Assembly (NCBI GenBank): GCA_040752575.1 | Contig: JBFMGK010000022.1 | Span: forward strand, 1-10,905 | Direction of reading: 5' to 3' | DNA from: Candidatus Bipolaricaulota bacterium | Lineage (GTDB): Bacteria; Bipolaricaulota; Bipolaricaulia; UBA7950; UBA9294 | Length of the DNA stretch: 10,905 nucleotides | In this document: positions 6,738 to 10,905 of the stretch, in pieces | Layout: every line of letters starts with the position of its first letter | How positions within the stretch are numbered: position 1 is the stretch's first letter | Notes under the pieces: model-generated | Told to the model about the DNA's origin: nothing | Seen by the model: the letters and a program-made list of their open reading frames with translations, nothing else | Database searches by the model: none | Position numbers and translations under genes: made by a program

Positions 6738-7298
6738 ATGGGTCTTTCGATCAGCGAACTGCGAAAGGGAATGACACTTCTCTACGGGGGCGAGCTCTAC
6801 GAGATCGTCGACTACGAACACAACAAGCGCGGTCGCGGGAGCGCCGTCGCGTCGGCGAAGCTCAAGCATCTCAAGACCGGGAAGGTCACGACCGAGACAT
6901 TCCGCGGCTTCGAGGACACTTCGTCGGTCTTCCTCGAGTCTCGCGAGCTGCAGTACCTGTTCCACGATGGTGACAATCTGATCTTCATGGACGTGGAGCG
7001 GTTCGACCAGTTTCCCATCTCCCACGATGTCCTCGGACCGGGAGCGGACTACCTGGTCGAGGGGACCAACGTGATCGGCTACTACTACAACGGCGGGCTG
7101 ATCACGGTAGACATTCCCAATTTCGTCGAACTCAAAGTGAGCAAAACGGAGCCCGGAGTCCGGGGCGATACCGTGTCCAACGTAGACAAGCCGGCGACCC
7201 TTGAAACCGGCGTCGTCGTCCGAGTGCCGCTGTTCGTCAAGGAGGGCGACCGGCTCAAGATCGACACCCGGACGGGCACTTACATCGAGCGAGTGTAA
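6738..7298 (+). CDS. efp: Translation elongation factor P
   Basis: ELRKGM, LQYLFHDG..LIFMD, TEPGVRGDTV, KPATLETG, VPLFVKEGD.LKIDTRTGTYIERV. The true start is ATG 6738 (AAGGGAG 8 nt upstream), inside the longer track ORF 6387..7298. 186 aa. Confidence 0.98.
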   Translation: MGLSISELRKGMTLLYGGELYEIVDYEHNKRGRGSAVASAKLKHLKTGKVTTETFRGFEDTSSVFLESRELQYLFHDGDNLIFMDVERFDQFPISHDVLGPGADYLVEGTNVIGYYYNGGLITVDIPNFVELKVSKTEPGVRGDTVSNVDKPATLETGVVVRVPLFVKEGDRLKIDTRTGTYIERV

Positions 7299-7307
7299 GG
7301 AGGCCGA

Positions 7308-7688
7308 ATGGCGGAGAAGCGCATCGAGATCACCGACGAGACGGGGCGCGTCACGATTGCGGACGAGGTCATCGCCTCGATCGCCCGCATTGCGGCGGAA
7401 CGCGTGACAGGCATCTCCCGCTCGGCGGGTACCGCGGGAGGGATCAAGGGGATCTTTGGCGGCGACGACGCCGGGGTGAGCGTGAAGACCGAGTTGGCCA
7501 ACGAGCAGGCCCGCGTCGAGCTTCGGATTGCCGTTGAGTACGGCTATGCGGTCCACGCCGTCGCGGGGAGCGTCCAGGAGAACGTCCAGAAGGACATCGA
7601 GAAGCTGGCTGGCGTGACGGTGTCGTCCGTCGACGTGTACGTCAAGAAGGTTGTCCCGCCCCAGACACATGAGGCCGGGCGTGCCTAA
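7308..7688 (+). CDS. Asp23/Gls24 family protein (YqhY-like), copy 1
   Basis: GRVTIADEVIASIARIAA...IAVEYG...VQENVQKDIEKLAGVTVSSVDVYV pattern. SD AAGGAGG overlaps the efp stop. 126 aa. Confidence 0.92.
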   Translation: MAEKRIEITDETGRVTIADEVIASIARIAAERVTGISRSAGTAGGIKGIFGGDDAGVSVKTELANEQARVELRIAVEYGYAVHAVAGSVQENVQKDIEKLAGVTVSSVDVYVKKVVPPQTHEAGRA

Positions 7689-7698
7689 GGAGGGGAAG

Positions 7699-8082
7699 AT
7701 GCCGGACGCGGACAAGGGAAATGTCGGGATCTCGCGCGACGTGGTGACGTCGATCGCCGGCATCGCGATCTCCGAGATCGACGGGATCGCCAACCTTCGG
7801 CCGGGGGACACAGCGTTTCGCCGCGGCGAAGGGATGAAGCGACACGTGGACACGAACGTCGATGGCGACGCGGTCACGGTCACTGCGCGACTCACCGTGA
7901 TTTACGGCTTCCCAATCCTCAAGGTCGCTCGCCAGGTGCAGGAGCGGATCAAGTCGGAGATCGAGCGGATGACGGGCCTTCAGGTACGTGCGGTCAACGT
8001 TGACGTGCAGAAACTCGTGCGCGACGGCGAGCGGACCGAAGAGAAGGGCGACGAGTGGGACGAAGGCGGCGAACAGGGATGA
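7699..8082 (+). CDS. Asp23/Gls24 family protein (YqhY-like), copy 2
   Basis: GNVGISRDVVTSIAGIAISEIDGI...VIYG...VQERIKSEIERMTGLQVRAVNVDV. Start moved to ATG 7699 after SD AAGGAGG. 127 aa with an acidic tail. Confidence 0.92.
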   Translation: MPDADKGNVGISRDVVTSIAGIAISEIDGIANLRPGDTAFRRGEGMKRHVDTNVDGDAVTVTARLTVIYGFPILKVARQVQERIKSEIERMTGLQVRAVNVDVQKLVRDGERTEEKGDEWDEGGEQG

Positions 8083-8138
8083 CGCGTCGCCTACCCGGCT
8101 CGGGCGACCCCTTGGCGCGGCGGCTAAGCTAGATCCGC

Positions 8139-8543
8139 ATGAATAGGACGCGCGCGAGGGCGGTCGCCCTTCTTCTCTTGTACCGGCAGGAATTCGTGCC
8201 CGTGTCGCTCGACGAAGCCTTCGCCGAAGAGGACCCCGGCGACCAGCGAGACTACATCGTGCGGCTGTTCGAGGGCGTCAATCGGCGGCGGCCCGAGCTC
8301 GACCGTCGGATCGGCGAGCGCACCGTCGGGTGGCGATTCGAGCGCCTGGCGCTTCTCGATCGCAATATCCTGAGGGTTGGTGCGTTCGAGATCCTCGAAC
8401 GATCCGACGACGTGCCTCCCGAGGTCGCGATCGACGCGGCCGTCGAGTTATCGAAGCTTTATGGGACCGATCCGGCATGTTCCTACGTGAACGGGATCCT
8501 CGATCGCATCTGGAAGGATGAGCGTGGCCGCGCGGAGGCTTGA
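8139..8543 (+). CDS. nusB: Transcription antitermination factor NusB
   Basis: Arg-rich start RTRARAVAL..LY, W.FERLALLDRNILR, VPPEVAIDAAVELSKLYG and YVNGILD. Expected position between asp23 and folD. 134 aa. Confidence 0.96.
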   Translation: MNRTRARAVALLLLYRQEFVPVSLDEAFAEEDPGDQRDYIVRLFEGVNRRRPELDRRIGERTVGWRFERLALLDRNILRVGAFEILERSDDVPPEVAIDAAVELSKLYGTDPACSYVNGILDRIWKDERGRAEA

Positions 8544-9372
8544 TGGGAAAGCGATGGCGGAGGCGCGGCGCTCCGAGATCGCGCGCCGCGCGGGGGATGT
8601 CGCACACCGACGCGGGACGGCACCACGGCTCGTCGTGGTTCTGGCCACCCAGGACGAGGCTGCGCTGACGTACGCCCAGGCAAAGGAAAGACTGGGCGGG
8701 AAGATCGGCGTGCGCGTTGACGTTGCGCGCCCGGCGGTCGCCTCGACCGACGAGCTTGTCGCCGCCGTGCAGGATCTTGGCGCGGACCCGTCGGTCGACG
8801 GGATCCTCATCGCGACGCCGCTGTCCCGTGGTTTCGAAGCTCGCAAGGTCCAGAACGCGGTTCCGGTCGAAAAGGACGTCGACGGTGCGGCAGAGGCCTC
8901 GCTGGGCAAGCTTCTCACGGGACAACCGGGGTTCGTGCCCGCGACGGCAGAAGCCGTCATCGCGCTCTTGGAGGGCCATGGCGTGGCGATCGACGGCCGC
9001 CACGCCGTCGTTGTCGGGCGAAGCCTCACGGTGGGCCGTCCGCTCGCGCAGCTCCTGCTGACGCAGGGCGCCACGGTGACAACCTGCCACTCGCGAACGT
9101 CCGATCTAGCGGTTCATACGCTTCGAGCCGACGTGTTGTGCGTTGCCGCCGGCCGCCCGCGGCTCGTCACCGGGGCGATGGTGAGGCCCGGGGCCGTGGT
9201 GGTGGACGTCGGCACGACCGTCGTCGACGAGGTCCTGACGGGTGACGTCGACTACCCCGGCGTCGCCGCCGTTGCCGAGGCCGTCAGCCCGGTGCCCGGC
9301 GGTGTGGGCCCGTTGACTTCCGTCTTGCTCCTCGAGCACGTCGTTCGCGCCGCGGAAGCGGCCCTAAGGTAG
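8518..9372 (+). CDS. folD: Methylenetetrahydrofolate dehydrogenase (/cyclohydrolase) FolD
   Basis: LDGKAMA, YxxxK, KDVDG, VVVGRSLTVGRP, TCHSRT, DVG, GDVD and PVPGGVGPLT motifs. Overlaps nusB by 26 bp. The start could instead be GTG 8524. Confidence 0.96.
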   Translation: MSVAARRLDGKAMAEARRSEIARRAGDVAHRRGTAPRLVVVLATQDEAALTYAQAKERLGGKIGVRVDVARPAVASTDELVAAVQDLGADPSVDGILIATPLSRGFEARKVQNAVPVEKDVDGAAEASLGKLLTGQPGFVPATAEAVIALLEGHGVAIDGRHAVVVGRSLTVGRPLAQLLLTQGATVTTCHSRTSDLAVHTLRADVLCVAAGRPRLVTGAMVRPGAVVVDVGTTVVDEVLTGDVDYPGVAAVAEAVSPVPGGVGPLTSVLLLEHVVRAAEAALR

Positions 9373-9378
9373 GCGCCG

Positions 9379-10233
9379 ATGTCCAAGCAAGGATTCGCGG
9401 ACCTGCACGTTCACACCGTAGCGTCCGACGGGACGCAGACGATCTCCGACGCCGTGAGGCGCGCCGTCGCTTGTGGCCTCGCGACCCTCGCGATCACAGA
9501 CCACGACACGATCTCGCGCGAACTCGACGGACGCTGCCGTGATGAGGGCTCGCTCGAACTGATCACCGGTATCGAGGTCAAGGCAGACTTCGACGGCGTG
9601 GCCGGCGAACTCCTCGCCTACTACGTCGACCCGCAGGACAAGGAGCTGCAGAGCTTCCTGGCGTGGATGCGCGATGCGCGGACGGTGCGCATGGAGGCCA
9701 TGGTCGAGAAGTGCCGCGAAGAGGGACTCGGGATCGGCATGGAGGATGTGCGGCGCCACGGCAAAGGCAACCTCGGACGCCCTCACCTTGCGAGGGCGCT
9801 CATCGAGGCCGGTCACGCCGAGGCGTTCGACGAGGCGTTCGCGCGGTTTCTCGTCCGCGGGCGTCCCTGCTACGTACAGCTGGCGCGCGCCGGGTTTCGC
9901 GAAGTGGTCGAGGTTCTGCATCGCGCCGGCGGCGCGGTCTCGGTCGCGCACCCCTGCTTGATGCGTGTCGGGGATTGGGGCAGATTCCTCGACGATCTTG
10001 CCGAAGCGGGTGTCGACGGGCTCGAGACGGTCTACCCGTACCGGGAGTCGTCGACGACGGCGCTGTCGATTGCGCCACGGCTTCTCGCGGCGATGGCCGC
10101 CGAGCGCGGGTTCCTCGTGACCGGCGGATCCGACGATCACGGCCCCGATTCGACGAAAACGTCGATCGGCCAGATTCGTCTTCCCTACGAACACGTCGAG
10201 GAGTTGAAGCGCGTCGCGGGGATCGCGGCGTAG
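9379..10233 (+). CDS. PHP-domain metal-dependent phosphoesterase (YciV/TrpH-like)
   Basis: DLHVHTVASDG, AITDHDT, GIEV, GRPHLA, AHP, DGLE and GGSDDHG motifs. 284 aa. Confidence 0.92.
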   Translation: MSKQGFADLHVHTVASDGTQTISDAVRRAVACGLATLAITDHDTISRELDGRCRDEGSLELITGIEVKADFDGVAGELLAYYVDPQDKELQSFLAWMRDARTVRMEAMVEKCREEGLGIGMEDVRRHGKGNLGRPHLARALIEAGHAEAFDEAFARFLVRGRPCYVQLARAGFREVVEVLHRAGGAVSVAHPCLMRVGDWGRFLDDLAEAGVDGLETVYPYRESSTTALSIAPRLLAAMAAERGFLVTGGSDDHGPDSTKTSIGQIRLPYEHVEELKRVAGIAA

Positions 10234-10275
10234 TCCGAACCTCATCTGGAGATGGTCCGGAGTCCGCGGTCCGGT

Positions 10276-10347
10276 GCAGCGTCGCATCTTGCGTGCGACG
10301 TCGGGCTGTCCATGGTTGGGCGTAGCGTCGCACCTTGTGTGCGACGT
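10276..10347 (+). repeat. Two tandem 26-bp palindromic repeats, GTAG-type REP-like
   Basis: GCAGCGTCGCATCTTGCGTGCGACGT (10276-10301) and GTAGCGTCGCACCTTGTGTGCGACGT (10322-10347), 23/26 identical with a 46-bp period. Each is a G(T/C)AG foot plus an 8-bp stem and 5-nt loop. They lie between convergent genes. Confidence 0.75.
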
Positions 10348-10354
10348 TCACGTC

Positions 10355-10905
10355 TCAGCCCGCAGTCCGTGGTTTGCCGGCCTGAAGACCGGCCGTGCGC
10401 AGCTCGTCGGCGGCGATACGGCCGTCGACGAGGGTCACGAGGCGACTCACGCGGTCGAGCAGGCGGCTGTCGTGCGTCGCGAACAGGAACGTCGCGCCCT
10501 TGTCGCGGTTCAGGCGCCGCATCAGGTCGATCAGGTCGAGGCTCGTCGCGGTGTCGAGGTTGGCCGTCGGCTCGTCGGCGAGGACGATCGCCGGCTCCGA
10601 GACGACGGCGCGGGCGACGGCCACGCGTTGCTGCTCGCCGCCCGAGATGCGCTGCGGAAACTGGTCGGCGTAGCGGTCGATGCCCAGCTCGCCGAGGATG
10701 CGCCGCGCTCGCTCCAACCGTTCCGCTCGGGCCACGCCCTGAAGCTCAAGCACGAACGCTGTGTTCTCAAGCACGGTGAGCACGGGAATCAAGTTGTATG
10801 CCTGGAAGACGAAGCCGATGCTCGTCATCCGCAGGCGGGCGAGCGCGTCGCGCGATAGGCCCGACAGCGGCCGCCCCTCGAGCAGGATGTCGCCCGACGT
10901 CGGTC
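10355..10905 (-). CDS. ABC transporter ATP-binding protein, LolD/MacB (MJ0796) family, 5'-truncated by the window edge
   Basis: The frame stays open beyond the track's ATG 10828 (PTSGDILLEGRPLSGLSRDALARLRMTSIGFVFQ). Q-loop GFVFQAYNL, signature ISGGEQQRVAVARA, Walker B IVLADEPTANLD and H-loop ATHD are present. Walker A lies outside the window. Confidence 0.95.
   Translation of the reverse strand, partial: PTSGDILLEGRPLSGLSRDALARLRMTSIGFVFQAYNLIPVLTVLENTAFVLELQGVARAERLERARRILGELGIDRYADQFPQRISGGEQQRVAVARAVVSEPAIVLADEPTANLDTATSLDLIDLMRRLNRDKGATFLFATHDSRLLDRVSRLVTLVDGRIAADELRTAGLQAGKPRTAG

Noticed and set aside
6291..7895. 534-aa minus-strand ORF, and the long N-terminal extension of efp (6387..6737)
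   Set aside because: The ORF is antisense to efp and asp23. The extension overlaps the DUF2227-like gene, while EF-P similarity begins at ATG 6738, which has its own SD.
5696..9381. Amber read-through or recoding: groES-groEL, mini-ORF-nusB and folD-PHP are each in frame and separated only by TAG plus a few codons
   Set aside because: The groES and folD TAGs fall at the normal C-termini of those proteins, and groEL and the PHP gene have SD-like sites. In-frame junctions occur one time in three by chance (efp-asp23 is also in frame, with TAA).
10276..10347. Possible mini-CRISPR array
   Set aside because: Only two clear copies, non-identical, with a 20-bp gap, no leader and no cas genes. A GTAG-REP-like element fits better.
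1..10905. Mobile element, prophage, defence system, rRNA or tRNA
   Set aside because: I saw no transposase, integrase, phage, toxin or nuclease-defence motifs. The intergenic gaps are short and show no tRNA-like structure.

Overview
GC-rich bacterial chromosomal window made almost entirely of housekeeping and cell-surface genes. From left to right: a 3'-truncated secreted hypothetical protein (-), a secreted M1-family zinc aminopeptidase (-), a divergent secreted lamin-tail-domain protein (+), a patatin-like phospholipase (-), and groEL-groES (-) with a clear sigma70-type promoter, a CIRCE (HrcA) operator and a downstream intrinsic terminator. A + strand block follows: DUF2227-like membrane protein, efp, two Asp23/Gls24 genes, nusB, folD and a PHP-domain hydrolase. 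Then come a pair of GTAG-type REP-like palindromes and a 5'-truncated LolD/MacB-type ABC ATPase (-). The efp-asp23-nusB-folD order, CIRCE, Arg-type EF-P and short GroES suggest a deep-branching lineage near Thermotogota or Firmicutes. Ca. Bipolaricaulota is my guess and is unverified. I see no mobile element, CRISPR array or convincing new multi-gene system. The most interesting signals are small: a groESL terminator whose stem contains the likely Shine-Dalgarno (SD) of the next gene, a FolD lacking the cyclohydrolase glutamine, an unusual EF-P loop, a 17-codon in-frame mini-ORF ahead of nusB, a probable leaderless gene and REP-like repeats.
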